Of a stretch of 59,269 nucleotides of DNA, positions 37,060 through 47,000 are shown in pieces (position 1 is the stretch's first letter; each line of letters opens with the position of its first letter). Under the pieces are notes generated by a model. It did not search any database, was not told the DNA's origin, and worked only from the letters and a program-made list of their open reading frames with translations. Position numbers and translations under genes: made by a program. This DNA comes from Planctomycetota bacterium (GTDB taxonomy: Bacteria; Planctomycetota; PLA2; JAEUHO01), in contig JBFWRP010000028.1 in NCBI GenBank assembly GCA_050248855.1, forward strand, positions 1-59,269, written 5' to 3'.

Positions 37060-39207
37060 TCACCGCTTGCGCGGGGGCGGGTTGTACCGGTACGGCTTGA
37101 GGTCGAGGTCGAGCAGACCCTTCATGAAGGGCTGGAACTCGGCGTCGAGGTCTTCCCAGTCTTCTTCGCCGGTGATGTCGAAGGCCTGCTTGAAGTACGG
37201 CGAGACGCTGTTGTCGCCCTTGGGCCGTTGCATCATCAGGTCGACGAACTTGAGGAACTTCGGCCAGTACCGGCCGTCCTTGTAGGTGTTCAGGAAGTAC
37301 ACGAAGCCCCAGGACTGTTGATAGAACATCGACATCCCGAAGTTGGTGTCGAGGCCCCACTCCGTCACGGCGTACTGCTGGGCCATGCCGTAGTTGGTCA
37401 CGGACGTCAGGAACTCCAGCGGGAAGTACTTGTACTCCTTGCCGCCCGCCTGGAGGCCCTTGGCCATGTTCTGGGCCTCGCCCAGGCGCGTCACGTTGAC
37501 GCCCACGAACTCCAGCTCGTACTTGTCGTTCATCTTGACCGAGCCGAGCCACTCCGCGATGCCCTCGCCGAGGAAGTCCTGGCTGAAGGGGGGCCTGCGC
37601 CAGTTGTTCTTCTGGCGCGAGAAGAAGTGCTCGAGCTGGTGCACGCCTTCGTGGACGGTCTTCCCGATCTCGAACACGCGGTCGCGCGTGTCCTCACCCT
37701 CGTCGTAGAGCATGACCATCTCGGACTCGCCCGAGAAGTAGCCGGCGGCGAAGTGCGGGATGAGCTCCTTCTTGACCTTCTGGTGGAACTCGTCCCACGA
37801 GGCGCGGTTGTCGAACACCCACATGACCATGGGGCAGCCATCGCCGAACGAACGCACGCCGATGGGGTAGTCGGGGCGCCCGCCGTACTCGTCCATCAGG
37901 GGCTTCAGCTCGAGCGCTTCCCCGAAGATCTTCATCCACTGCGTGTAGAGCTGCTGGACCATGTGGCCCTTCTCGGCCACGAGGCGCTCGTACTGGGCGC
38001 GCTTGGCGGCGAGCTCCTCGCGCCGCGCCTTGCGTTCGGAGGCGTCCTCGATGGAGAGCAGGTCGTACTCGCTCAGCCGGTCGTTGGAGCTGTAGCAGAT
38101 CAGCCACGGGCTGGCCCAGTGGCCGACGAAGTTGTACTCCTTGAAGAACTCCTGGTTGGCCAGGTTGCCGCGGATCGCGATGCCTGCGCGGAACTCACGG
38201 TCCGTCTCCAGGCGATGCATGTACTCGCGCATCTCCTTGAGCGCGGCCTGCGCGAGCTGCCAGTCCTCTTCCTCCTCGGAGGTGAACCAGCGCTTGTCCT
38301 TCGCGGCGCGCACGCCGCGCATGAACTCGAGGTCGGAGCGCGCGATGTCGTTGAACGTCGCTTCGTCGTCCCCCGTCAGCACGAACTCCCGGTGACCCAG
38401 GAAGCGGTGGGCCTTGGGGTCGGCGCGGCCGTCGATGGTTGCGACGTAGGCGCGGTAGACCGTGGTGAGCCCACCCTTTGCCTCGGGGTCGTCGCCCAGC
38501 TGCTCGAGCTTGTCGATGATCGACGTCCACTGCTTCTTGGTGCTGGGCGGGTTGACGCCGAACTCGGCCAGCACGTCACGGGCCGTGAACGTGGGCGTCG
38601 GGGCCGCGGCCGGACCGCTGCCGCCAGCGCCGGCGGCCGTCGAAGCCGTGCCGCCACCGGTGCCGCTCCCCCCACCGCCGGAGGCCGTGGCGGGCCCGGA
38701 GCCGCCCGTGTCCTTCGTGTCGCCACTGCCGAACAGCACGAGGCCCAGCACGCCGAGAACGACGACGCCGAGGATGGCGCCGACGACGACGGGGTTGACG
38801 CCGCCCTTCTTCTCGCCGCGGGCCGCACGCGCGCCACGCTCCTCGCGTGGCGCGGGCGCCTCACGGCCGCCGCGCGCACTGCGCGGGGCGCGCGACGCCT
38901 TGGGCGCCTTGCTGCCGCCGTCGCGATCGACGGGGACGTACTGGCGCCCGCCCCGGCCGGGGGACTTGCCGGCGGGCCCCCGCGGGGCGCGGCCTGCCGC
39001 GGGGCGAGCGGGCGCGGCGCTGCTCGGGGCACCCGCGGCGGAGCGCGCCGTCCCGGGCTTGCGACCGCTGGTGGAGCCGGCCATGGCGGGCTCGCTGCCC
39101 CCCGCGACGAGGACGGCCCCGCAGGCACCGCAGGAGAAGGACTGCCCGGACTGGAACCCCGACACGTCGAACTGGGCGCCGCACTTGGTGCAAGCCTGGA
39201 GCTGCAT
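37060..39207 (-). CDS. Zinc-ribbon, TM and exported DUF1570-like (HExxH zincin) protein
   Basis: CTKC/CGAC, low-complexity linker, TM segment, AGYF, HEGVHQL, EGIAEW, YQQSW..VYFL. Confidence 0.75.
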   Translation of the reverse strand: MQLQACTKCGAQFDVSGFQSGQSFSCGACGAVLVAGGSEPAMAGSTSGRKPGTARSAAGAPSSAAPARPAAGRAPRGPAGKSPGRGGRQYVPVDRDGGSKAPKASRAPRSARGGREAPAPREERGARAARGEKKGGVNPVVVGAILGVVVLGVLGLVLFGSGDTKDTGGSGPATASGGGGSGTGGGTASTAAGAGGSGPAAAPTPTFTARDVLAEFGVNPPSTKKQWTSIIDKLEQLGDDPEAKGGLTTVYRAYVATIDGRADPKAHRFLGHREFVLTGDDEATFNDIARSDLEFMRGVRAAKDKRWFTSEEEEDWQLAQAALKEMREYMHRLETDREFRAGIAIRGNLANQEFFKEYNFVGHWASPWLICYSSNDRLSEYDLLSIEDASERKARREELAAKRAQYERLVAEKGHMVQQLYTQWMKIFGEALELKPLMDEYGGRPDYPIGVRSFGDGCPMVMWVFDNRASWDEFHQKVKKELIPHFAAGYFSGESEMVMLYDEGEDTRDRVFEIGKTVHEGVHQLEHFFSRQKNNWRRPPFSQDFLGEGIAEWLGSVKMNDKYELEFVGVNVTRLGEAQNMAKGLQAGGKEYKYFPLEFLTSVTNYGMAQQYAVTEWGLDTNFGMSMFYQQSWGFVYFLNTYKDGRYWPKFLKFVDLMMQRPKGDNSVSPYFKQAFDITGEEDWEDLDAEFQPFMKGLLDLDLKPYRYNPPPRKR

Positions 39208-39359
39208 GGGATCTCCCGCTGCGGGACCGTGCAGGGGGTCCGCGCTCTCGAAGGGGTCCCTTATAGCACGTGGCAGGGGCGCTCCGTGTTGGCGCCCCCC
39301 CCGCCGAGGAGGGCCCCCGGCCCCTGGATCCAGGCCCTACCAGGTCGTGCGACCTGGGC

Positions 39360-40277
39360 CTACCAGTCCTTCCAGGGGACGCCGAACGACGCCTCGTTCG
39401 CCGTGAACCAGGTCTTGGCCTCCTCGCGCGTCTTGAACGTCTGACCCGTCAGGCGCTTCAGCGCCGCCACGGCCTGCGCGTGCATGCCCTTCCATTGCTT
39501 CCACCGCCGCTCCCACCACTCCACGGGGGGGGTGGCCGGGTTGTGCGGGTCGTTGCTCTCGGGGGCGTCGAGCTCCTTGGCCATGGCGAGCGCGTGGCGC
39601 TTGTCGCCGCGCACGCCCATGTACCAGCAGATGTCCGCCAGGGCGGGCCCGTAGGCCTCCTGGGGGTTGCCCAGCATCCACCGCCACTCGCGCTCCACGT
39701 CCTCGTACTGCCGCTTGTCGAGGTCGAGCTCCAGCCGCGCGAACGCCTTCAGGATGCTCGTCCGGACGGCGTACCGGCGGCGGTTGGCCTTCTCGTCCCA
39801 GCCCTTCTTCCAGAGGTCCTTCACGTCGTCGATCGTGGCGCGCTGCGCCAGGAGATCGGCGGCGCGCTGGGCGACACGCGAGTTGTCGTGCGCCATCAGC
39901 TTGAGCAGGGGCTTCACGAAGCTCGCGTGGGTGACGCCTTCGATGGCGTCGAGCGCCGGGTTGACGTCTTCGGGGTCCTTGCGACGCGACGCCTTCGACA
40001 GCCCCTCGGCCAGCGCCTTGGCTTCCTTGTCGTCCAGGGCCCTCAGCTCGACGACCTCGTCCCGCGGGTCCTTGGGCGCCTCGGCGTCAAGGTCGTCGTC
40101 CTCACCCTCGTCGCCCTCGGGAGCATCGAGCCCCCGGCCGTCGGCCGGCGGATCCGGCTCGGCGTCGTCGGCGAAGGCGCGGGCCCCCGCGGGTGCCAGC
40201 AGCACGGCCAGACAGGCTAGGAGCAGGGCGAGTCCACGTGCGGGTGTCCAGGGGCGGCGGGTCCGGGCGTCGTCCAT
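39360..40277 (-). CDS. Secreted HEAT-like hypothetical protein
   Basis: AAGGAGG RBS, signal peptide (AFA), acidic linker, helical repeats, ALKRLTGQ.F cap. Confidence 0.7.
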   Translation of the reverse strand: MDDARTRRPWTPARGLALLLACLAVLLAPAGARAFADDAEPDPPADGRGLDAPEGDEGEDDDLDAEAPKDPRDEVVELRALDDKEAKALAEGLSKASRRKDPEDVNPALDAIEGVTHASFVKPLLKLMAHDNSRVAQRAADLLAQRATIDDVKDLWKKGWDEKANRRRYAVRTSILKAFARLELDLDKRQYEDVEREWRWMLGNPQEAYGPALADICWYMGVRGDKRHALAMAKELDAPESNDPHNPATPPVEWWERRWKQWKGMHAQAVAALKRLTGQTFKTREEAKTWFTANEASFGVPWKDW

Positions 40278-40435
40278 GGCGTCCTCCTTCGCGGGCCGGG
40301 ATCCCCCATCATCCACGAAGCCACGTCCTGGTGCCCGCGGTCGGGACGCGGATTGGCCCACGCGCCCCGGGCCCCGTATCCTCCGCGCCCCCGCGGCCGG
40401 TCCCGCACCGCGCCACGGCGGAGCGGAGGGACTTC

Positions 40436-40930
40436 ATGCCGCGCTCGGCGCTGTTCGACGTCGCAAGCCTGGACCTCGACCACGTGGTGGCCGACATCGA
40501 GGCGATCCGGGAGCACAACCCCCAGCGCCACGAGTTCGAGCAGCTGTCCTGGATCTGCCACATGGACGTCGAGGCCGGGGACGTGGCGGGCGTGCTCGAG
40601 ATCCCCGAGGACGTGTGGTGGGGTCGTGGCCACTGCCCGGGCCGCCCGCTGATGCCCGGCGTGCTCATGCTCGAGTGCGCCGCCCAGCTGTGTTCGTGGT
40701 TCGTGCACCAGGTCTACGACAGCAGCCAGAAGGCGGGTCGGATCTTCGGCTTCGGCGGCATCGACGACGTGAAGTACCGCGGGATCATCCTGCCGCCGGC
40801 CCGCCTCGTGGTGATCGGCAAGCGGGTGGAGGTCCGCCCGCGCCGCGCCGTCTTCGACACGCAGGGCTACCTCGCCGACGACCTCTCGCGCATGGTCTTC
40901 GAAGCCCGCATCACCGGCATGTGGGTGTAG
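40436..40930 (+). CDS. fabZ: 3-hydroxyacyl-ACP dehydratase (FabA/FabZ family)
   Basis: NPQRHEF, WWGRGHCPGRPLMPGVLMLE.AAQL, FGGID.VKYRG; GGAGG RBS. Confidence 0.85.
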   Translation: MPRSALFDVASLDLDHVVADIEAIREHNPQRHEFEQLSWICHMDVEAGDVAGVLEIPEDVWWGRGHCPGRPLMPGVLMLECAAQLCSWFVHQVYDSSQKAGRIFGFGGIDDVKYRGIILPPARLVVIGKRVEVRPRRAVFDTQGYLADDLSRMVFEARITGMWV

Positions 40931-40962
40931 GTGCGGTAGCACCTGTTGTCGTCCGCAGTGCG

Positions 40963-41051
40963 GCTCGCCAGATGCTCGGTCCCGCACCAGCATCGGCTCC
41001 TGACGTGAACAGACCACGCGGCGTCGCCGATGCTGGCGCGCTACCTTCGCC
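40963..41051 (+). repeat. Dispersed structured repeat, copy 2
   Basis: Matches 29517-29641 with a shorter loop. Confidence 0.75.
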
Positions 41052-41130
41052 CTGGCGACCCGATCGCGTGCGAAAGCCAGAAGAGGCTTGGTCTCGAGGC
41101 GGGTTACGTGGATGGCGGGCTGCGGTGGAA

Positions 41131-41223
41131 GGTGGCGGGGAATTCTTCCGCTGCCTGCCGCGGGGTTCCGCCGCATGGGGAGGGACGTGCGGCAGGCTGC
41201 GGAAGAAATCCCCGCCTCCGTAC
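41131..41223. repeat. Hairpin element related to 36612-36709
   Basis: GGCGGGGAATTCTTCCGC...GCGGAAGAAATCCCCGCCTCCGTAC. Confidence 0.85.
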
Positions 41224-41404
41224 GGCCTTTTGGGTTCGCCGGTGACCTTCGCTTCGACGTCGGCGTTCCCCCATCTTGCCGGAGGCGGGTCGCTCGCGTT
41301 CGGGCCTGGATGGGATGCCGGGTGCCGATGAGAGAGGACGCCGCGTGGTTGACCACGCAAGGACGACGAAGCGGTGCTCCGGCGGCCCGCCCAGGCCCGA
41401 ACGC

Positions 41405-41950
41405 CTAGGCTTCGACCTGGTCGTCCCACCAGCCATCGGCGTGGCGGCGGGCTTGCTCGACGTAGCCGGCGGCGTGGTGCTTGGCGGCTTCCCGGCGCTC
41501 GGTGGGGTCGAGCGTCTTGACGATGCGCGCGGGCGAGCCGACGGCCACGCTCCACGGGGGGATCACCTGGTTCTCGAGCACGACGGCCCCCGCCCCCACG
41601 ATCGCGCCTTCGCCGATCTTCGAGCCGCCCAGGCAGATGGCGCCCATCCCGATCAGGGCATGGTCCCCCACCTCGACGCCGTGGACGATGGCCGAGTGGC
41701 CGATCGTGACGTCGCTGCCAATCGTGTTGGGGCAGTCGGGGTCGACGTGGATGACGGCGTTGTCCTGCACGTTGGTGCGGTCCCCGATCGTGATCGGCGC
41801 GTCGTCCCCGCGGATGCGTACGCCGTACCAGATGTTCACGTCGATCCCCAGGCGCACGCGCGCCGTAACGGTCGCGGAGTCGGCGACGAAGGCCGCGCCG
41901 ACGCGGTGGAGGCGCGCCGGAGGAGTGGTCGCGGGTCGGGGATGCTTCAC
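41405..41950 (-). CDS. Gamma carbonic anhydrase family (YrdA-like) hexapeptide protein
   Basis: RGD, NVQDN..IH, TIGH..IVHG, IGMGA, GSPA. Confidence 0.9.
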   Translation of the reverse strand: MKHPRPATTPPARLHRVGAAFVADSATVTARVRLGIDVNIWYGVRIRGDDAPITIGDRTNVQDNAVIHVDPDCPNTIGSDVTIGHSAIVHGVEVGDHALIGMGAICLGGSKIGEGAIVGAGAVVLENQVIPPWSVAVGSPARIVKTLDPTERREAAKHHAAGYVEQARRHADGWWDDQVEA

Positions 41951-41969
41951 GGGCGCCTCCGGACTGGTA

Positions 41970-43091
41970 CTACACCTTGCCGCTGATCAGGAACAGCGGC
42001 AGCAGGCTGGTGGCATTGAACGCGGCGTGCAGGGTCGTCACCGCCAGCAACGAGTTGGTGCGCTCGAACACCCACGTCAGGACCAGCGCCAACACGAAGA
42101 GCGGCACCGTAGCGGCCAGGTTGGCGTGCACGGCCGCGAACAACGCCGACGAGATCAACGCACTCGTCAACACGGCGCCACGCGTGCCGCCGAACCAGCG
42201 GCGGGCCAGCGGGTAGAGCGTCCCGCGGAAGAACGCCTCCTCCCAGAAGGGCGCCACGAAGATGCCCAGCACCGCCATGAACCAGGGGTCCAGCGGGTCG
42301 CCGGGCTTGGCCACGCGCATCACGGGCTCCTGCGCCGTCGTGCCGACGCCCAGCTCGCGAAGCACGAGCGCCCAGACCAGCGCCAGCGGGATCACGAGGG
42401 CCGAGGCCAGGGCGAAGCCCTTCAGCCCCTCGAACACCGCACGCCCGTGGGGCGTCCGGCGAGGCACCTGGACGGCGATGTCTCCCCGCGTCGCGCGTGG
42501 CCCCTCGAACAGGTGGACCTCGTCCCCGAAGACGGCCTCCACGCCGCGCACCTCGAACGCGGGCTCCGATCGCCGCGCCTGCCGACGCAGCAGCAGCACG
42601 GCCACGCCCAGCGCCACGCCGGGAATCGCCGTGGCCCAGAACAACGCCGGCGTGGAGTGCGCTTCGAAGCCCATCAGCTGCACCGCCGACGCGGCGATCT
42701 GCGCCAACAGCACGAAGCCGACCACGAGCCCCAACAACACGGGCCACGTGCCCGGCACGGTCGGGCCCGCCCCCAGCTCCAGGCGACCGAGGCCGTCGGC
42801 CAGCCGCTTCTCGCGCGCGAGCGCCATGCGGATCAGCAGGACGCCGCCGATCACCGCCGGCAGCACCTTGCCGAGCACGCTCGCCCAGAGGGCGGCGGGG
42901 TTGTCGCTCACGGCCTTCTCGAGCTCGGCCGTCGTCAGCCCGGGCGCCCCTCCCGTCTCCACATCCGGCGCGGGGACGCCCGCCGGGAGCGGGTCGCCGT
43001 CGGGGGCGGCCAGCACCGGCGGCGCCGCGCTCAAGAGACCGAGCAGCGCGACGAGGGCGCCCGCAAGCCAACGCTCCCTACGCGTGCGCAT
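41970..43091 (-). CDS. CPBP/Abi (CAAX) intramembrane metalloprotease
   Basis: APFWEEAFFRG, FAAVH, H..FN; start overlaps the thiG stop. Confidence 0.85.
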   Translation of the reverse strand: MRTRRERWLAGALVALLGLLSAAPPVLAAPDGDPLPAGVPAPDVETGGAPGLTTAELEKAVSDNPAALWASVLGKVLPAVIGGVLLIRMALAREKRLADGLGRLELGAGPTVPGTWPVLLGLVVGFVLLAQIAASAVQLMGFEAHSTPALFWATAIPGVALGVAVLLLRRQARRSEPAFEVRGVEAVFGDEVHLFEGPRATRGDIAVQVPRRTPHGRAVFEGLKGFALASALVIPLALVWALVLRELGVGTTAQEPVMRVAKPGDPLDPWFMAVLGIFVAPFWEEAFFRGTLYPLARRWFGGTRGAVLTSALISSALFAAVHANLAATVPLFVLALVLTWVFERTNSLLAVTTLHAAFNATSLLPLFLISGKV

Positions 43092-43906
43092 CAGGCACGG
43101 CCCTTCGTCGGCCCACCGAGCAGGCCGCCCGTGGGACTGGAGGCCGAGGCTCCGCCCCTGGGCATGCGGCCGGCGAGGAACGCCTGCCGCCCCGCCTTGC
43201 ACGCGTCGCGCATCGCGGCGGCCATGCGCACGGGGTCCTTCGCCTTGGCGATACCCGTGTTGAGCAACACGCCGTCGCAGCCAAGCTCCATCGCCACGGC
43301 CACGTCCGACGCGGTGCCGACGCCCGCGTCCACGATCACGGGGACGTCCAGCGTCTCCACGATGCGCCCGATGGTCCACGGATTGAGGATGCCCAGCCCC
43401 GAGCCGATGGCGCTGCCGAGCGGCATCACCGCGGACGCGCCCGCATCGGCCAGCTTGCGGGCCACCACGAGATCGTCGTTCGTGTAGACGAGCACGTGGA
43501 AGCCTTCGGCCACGAGCGTCTTGAGCGCCTTGAGCGTCTCCTCCGTGTCCGGCAGCAGCGTCTCGGGGTCGGCGAGCACCTCCAGCTTGACCAGCTCGGC
43601 GATCTCGAGCTCGCGGGCGAGGCGAAGCGTGCGCACGGCCTCGTCGGCGGTGAAGCAGCCGGCCGTGTTCGGGAGGAGGGTGAAGCGGCCCGCCAGCGCG
43701 TCGAGCAGGTTGGGCCCGTCCTTGCGCGCCAGGTCGACGCGACGCAGGGCCACCGTCACGCACTGCGTCCCGCTGGCGGTCAGGGCGTCCATCGTCTGCT
43801 CGAGGGAGGCGTACTTGCCCGTGCCCACGAAGAGGCGGCTGGTGAACGAGCACCCGCCGATCACCAGGGGGGTGTCGTCGGGATCCAGGAGGCTCATCCG
43901 GGTCAT
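43091..43906 (-). CDS. thiG: Thiazole synthase
   Basis: [41 protein letters not shown]. Confidence 0.96.
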   Translation of the reverse strand: MTRMSLLDPDDTPLVIGGCSFTSRLFVGTGKYASLEQTMDALTASGTQCVTVALRRVDLARKDGPNLLDALAGRFTLLPNTAGCFTADEAVRTLRLARELEIAELVKLEVLADPETLLPDTEETLKALKTLVAEGFHVLVYTNDDLVVARKLADAGASAVMPLGSAIGSGLGILNPWTIGRIVETLDVPVIVDAGVGTASDVAVAMELGCDGVLLNTGIAKAKDPVRMAAAMRDACKAGRQAFLAGRMPRGGASASSPTGGLLGGPTKGRA

Positions 43907-44151
43907 CCTCCGCCGACGAACGTGACGACCTCGACCCGGTCGCCCGCTCGTACGGGGTGTTCGGCGTGGGCGGCCCGCGGGACCACGTCCCCGTTGACCT
44001 CCACCGCGACACGACGGTCGGCCAGCCCCAAGGCGCCGAGCACGAGGGCGATCGTGGGCTCGGCCTCGGCTTCGAACGTGAACGGCTCGCCGTTCACGGT
44101 CACCGCAACGCGCGTCGCAGCGGACGGAATCGGGGCGGGCTCGGCGTCCAT
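43903..44151 (-). CDS. thiS: Sulfur carrier protein
   Basis: [28 protein letters not shown]-terminus. Confidence 0.92.
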   Translation of the reverse strand: MDAEPAPIPSAATRVAVTVNGEPFTFEAEAEPTIALVLGALGLADRRVAVEVNGDVVPRAAHAEHPVRAGDRVEVVTFVGGG

Positions 44152-44203
44152 GGGCGCCCACGGTAGCGCCGGATGCGAGGGCGGCCCCCTCGCGGCCCCG
44201 CCG

Positions 44204-45526
44204 TCAGGAGGCGGGCGGTGCCTCGCCGCCGATGACCCGCTTCTCCCACTTGTAGAGGTCGGCGACCTCGGCCAACGTCGAGCCCTCGTCGAGGATCTCG
44301 GCCCGCAAGCGGTTCTCCGCCTCCAGGCAGTACATGGCGCGGTTGGCGATCTCGAGCGCCTTGGCGCGCGGCAGGAACAGGGCGCCGTCGTCGTCGATGA
44401 CCACCCAGTCGCCCGGTCGCACGTCCAGGCCGTCCAGACGCAGGGCGACATCCATCTCGCCGAAACCCTTCGGCTCGCCGGCATGGCTCGAGACCGTGCG
44501 CGACCACACGGGCAGACCGATCTTGGCGATGTCGATCGTGTCGCGAATCGCGCCCCACACGAGCACGCCCGCGAGGCCCTGGTTCCTGGCCGAGTGCGTG
44601 GCCAGCTCGCCCCAGACGGCCGGCGCCACGCCGCCCGCGTCGATCACGAGCACGTCGCCGGGCTGGCAGCGGTCGATGGCCTCGACGGGCTTGGCCCAGT
44701 CCCCGGGCATCGTGCGCACCGTCACGGCGGGCCCGGCCACGCGCACGCCGGGCTGCATGGCGCGCAGCGGCCCGAGGCAGGGCGCGCGGTGCATGGCGTC
44801 GCTGATGTTGGGTGTGGAGACTTGCCGGAGGAGCCCGGCCAGCCCCGCCTCCTCGCGGACGCGGTCCGCCATCTCGCTCTCACCCGGCCGACCGCTGGCC
44901 ATGGCCTGGAGGATCTCGCGCGTGGCGGCCGTGGCGTCGCGGGCCTTCGTGATGGCGCCACCCACGATGAGCACGTCCGCCCCGGCCGCCACTGCCTCGG
45001 GTGCCGTCTTGGCCGTGAGACCGCCAGCCACCGTGAGCGTCATGCGCACGGCGGCCCGCACGGCCTTGAGCGTGGTGAAGGGGTCCAGGCCCCGCACCTG
45101 GTCGTCGATCGGGCAGTGGACGTTGACCGCGTCGGCGCCCGCGTCCTCCGCAAACCGCGCCCGCGCGACGGGGTCGGGGCAGCCGAGCAGGTCCACCAGG
45201 ATGCGGATGCCCTGGTTGCGGCCCGCCTCGACACACTCGAGCAGCGTGCTGTCGCTGGCGACGCCCAGCACGGTGGCCATGCTGGCGCCCGCCTTGGCCG
45301 CGGCCTCCACTTCGAGGCGCCCCGCGTCCATGGTCTTGCCGTCGCACACGATCTCGTGCGACGGGAAGCGGGCGCGCAGGGCCCGCACCGCCCCCAGGCC
45401 CTCGGCCTTGAGGAGCGGCGTCCCGACCTCGAGCACGTGGGCGCCGCCGGCGACCGCCTCCTCGGCGGCCTTGAGCGCCCGCTTCAAGTCCACGTGGTCC
45501 AGCGCGACTTGCAGGCGTGCCGTCAT
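44204..45526 (-). CDS. Bifunctional 3-hexulose-6-phosphate synthase / RraA-like fusion
   Basis: N-terminal: [31 protein letters not shown]-terminal: [35 protein letters not shown]. Confidence 0.85.
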   Translation of the reverse strand: MTARLQVALDHVDLKRALKAAEEAVAGGAHVLEVGTPLLKAEGLGAVRALRARFPSHEIVCDGKTMDAGRLEVEAAAKAGASMATVLGVASDSTLLECVEAGRNQGIRILVDLLGCPDPVARARFAEDAGADAVNVHCPIDDQVRGLDPFTTLKAVRAAVRMTLTVAGGLTAKTAPEAVAAGADVLIVGGAITKARDATAATREILQAMASGRPGESEMADRVREEAGLAGLLRQVSTPNISDAMHRAPCLGPLRAMQPGVRVAGPAVTVRTMPGDWAKPVEAIDRCQPGDVLVIDAGGVAPAVWGELATHSARNQGLAGVLVWGAIRDTIDIAKIGLPVWSRTVSSHAGEPKGFGEMDVALRLDGLDVRPGDWVVIDDDGALFLPRAKALEIANRAMYCLEAENRLRAEILDEGSTLAEVADLYKWEKRVIGGEAPPAS

Positions 45527-45672
45527 GGCCGCGGAGGCTACGGGTGGCGGGCCCGAGGGGCAACGAGGCGGCCCCCCGCCAACCTCGCCGGGCGGTCGCC
45601 TTCGCCGGGCGGTCGCGCCCGGCGGCCGCTCGGGAGCCGGCGTCGGTACCCCGCGAAGAGGCCCGGGCCGGC

Positions 45673-45701
45673 TTGACCACCTACCGGGAGGGGCGCACAA
45701 T
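45673..45701 (+). promoter_or_regulatory. sigma70 promoter of the nusA-infB operon
   Basis: TTGACC-17bp-CACAAT. Confidence 0.6.
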
Positions 45702-45727
45702 CGCGGGCTCGACCCATCCGACCTTCC

Positions 45728-45757
45728 GAAGGCGGGCCGACGCCCGCCTTCTTTTTT
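45728..45757 (+). terminator. Leader intrinsic terminator/attenuator upstream of nusA (rimP-leader-like)
   Basis: GAAGGCGGGC-cgac-GCCCGCCTTC followed by T6, between the promoter and nusA. Confidence 0.7.
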
Positions 45758-45908
45758 GCCCACACCGCCCGGAGCCACACCCACCGGGCCGGCCACGACG
45801 AAAGGACCCGAGCGACCGACCTCGAGGGGCCCCGACACGGCCCCGCAGAACGCCCCGTTCCCCCGCGCCCGGCTCGCCCGCGGCGCCTACATGCCCTAAG
45901 GACCCGCC

Positions 45909-47000
45909 ATGGACCCCCGCGACATCCTCCGCTTGGCCGACGTCGTCCACCGTGACCGCGGCATCGACAAGGAGATCGTCTTCACCGCGATCGAGCAGGG
46001 CATCCTCACCGCCGCCCGCCGCCGCTTCGGCGAGGACGCCGTCATCGAGGTGCGGCTGGACCGCCAGTCCGGGCAGATCGACTGCCTCGTCAACGGCCGT
46101 GCGAGCGAGCTCGACTTCGGACGCATCGCGGCCCAGACGGCACGCCAGGTGATGGGCCAACGCATTCGCGAGGCGGAGCGTGACCGCAACCTCGACGAGT
46201 ACAACCGCCGCGTCAACTCGATCGTCACGGGCGCCATCCAGCGGATCGAGGGTGGCAACCTGATCGTGAACATGGGTCGCGTCGAAGGCATCGTGCCGCG
46301 CAGCGAGCAGATCCGCGGCGAGGCCTACAAGGTCGGCGATCGCCTGCGCGCCTTCCTCTTCGAGGTCCGGCCCATGGGCCAGCGGGTGCGCATCGTGCTC
46401 TCCCGCAGCCGTCCGGACTTCGTCGCCAAGCTCTTCGAGCTGGAGGTCCCCGAGATCGGCGACGGAACCGTCGTCATCCGGCGGATCGAGCGCGAAGCCG
46501 GCTACAAGACCAAGCTCGCCGTCGAGTCGCTCGACCCCAAGGTCGACCCCATCGGCGCCTGCGTGGGCGTGCGCGGCAGCCGCATCCGCAACATCATCGA
46601 CGAGCTGAACGGCGAGAAGGTCGACGTCCTCGAGTTCGAGGAACAGCCCGAGATGATGATCGCGAAGGCCCTGAAGCCCGCACAGATCAACTCGATCACC
46701 CTGAACTGGGACAACCACAGCGCCGACGTCCTCGTGGACGAGGACCAGCTCTCCTTGGCCATCGGTCGCCGCGGGGCCAACGTCCGCTTGGCCTCCCGCC
46801 TGGCCGGCTGGGAGATCAACATCGCCGGCGAGGGCCCGGGCCCGGCCGAGGAGAAGGCCACGGACGACGGGGAGGGCGCGGACGAGGGTGGCGAGGAGAC
46901 TGGCGCGCCCGGGGACGGCCCCGGCGACGACGGTGCTCCCGATGCGGCTGGTGCCCCGGCCGAGAGCGCGGAGATGGAGGCGTCGGACGGCGGCGCGTAG
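45909..47000 (+). CDS. nusA: Transcription elongation factor NusA
   Basis: FGRIAAQTARQV, S1 domain, EVPEI, GACVG.RGSR, AIGRRG.NVRLA; acidic tail. Confidence 0.96.
   Translation: MDPRDILRLADVVHRDRGIDKEIVFTAIEQGILTAARRRFGEDAVIEVRLDRQSGQIDCLVNGRASELDFGRIAAQTARQVMGQRIREAERDRNLDEYNRRVNSIVTGAIQRIEGGNLIVNMGRVEGIVPRSEQIRGEAYKVGDRLRAFLFEVRPMGQRVRIVLSRSRPDFVAKLFELEVPEIGDGTVVIRRIEREAGYKTKLAVESLDPKVDPIGACVGVRGSRIRNIIDELNGEKVDVLEFEEQPEMMIAKALKPAQINSITLNWDNHSADVLVDEDQLSLAIGRRGANVRLASRLAGWEINIAGEGPGPAEEKATDDGEGADEGGEETGAPGDGPGDDGAPDAAGAPAESAEMEASDGGA

Noticed and set aside
44152..45670. TPP riboswitch upstream of thiS-thiG
   Set aside because: No recognisable CTGAGA...GATxxxGNTAAT core seen in either upstream gap.
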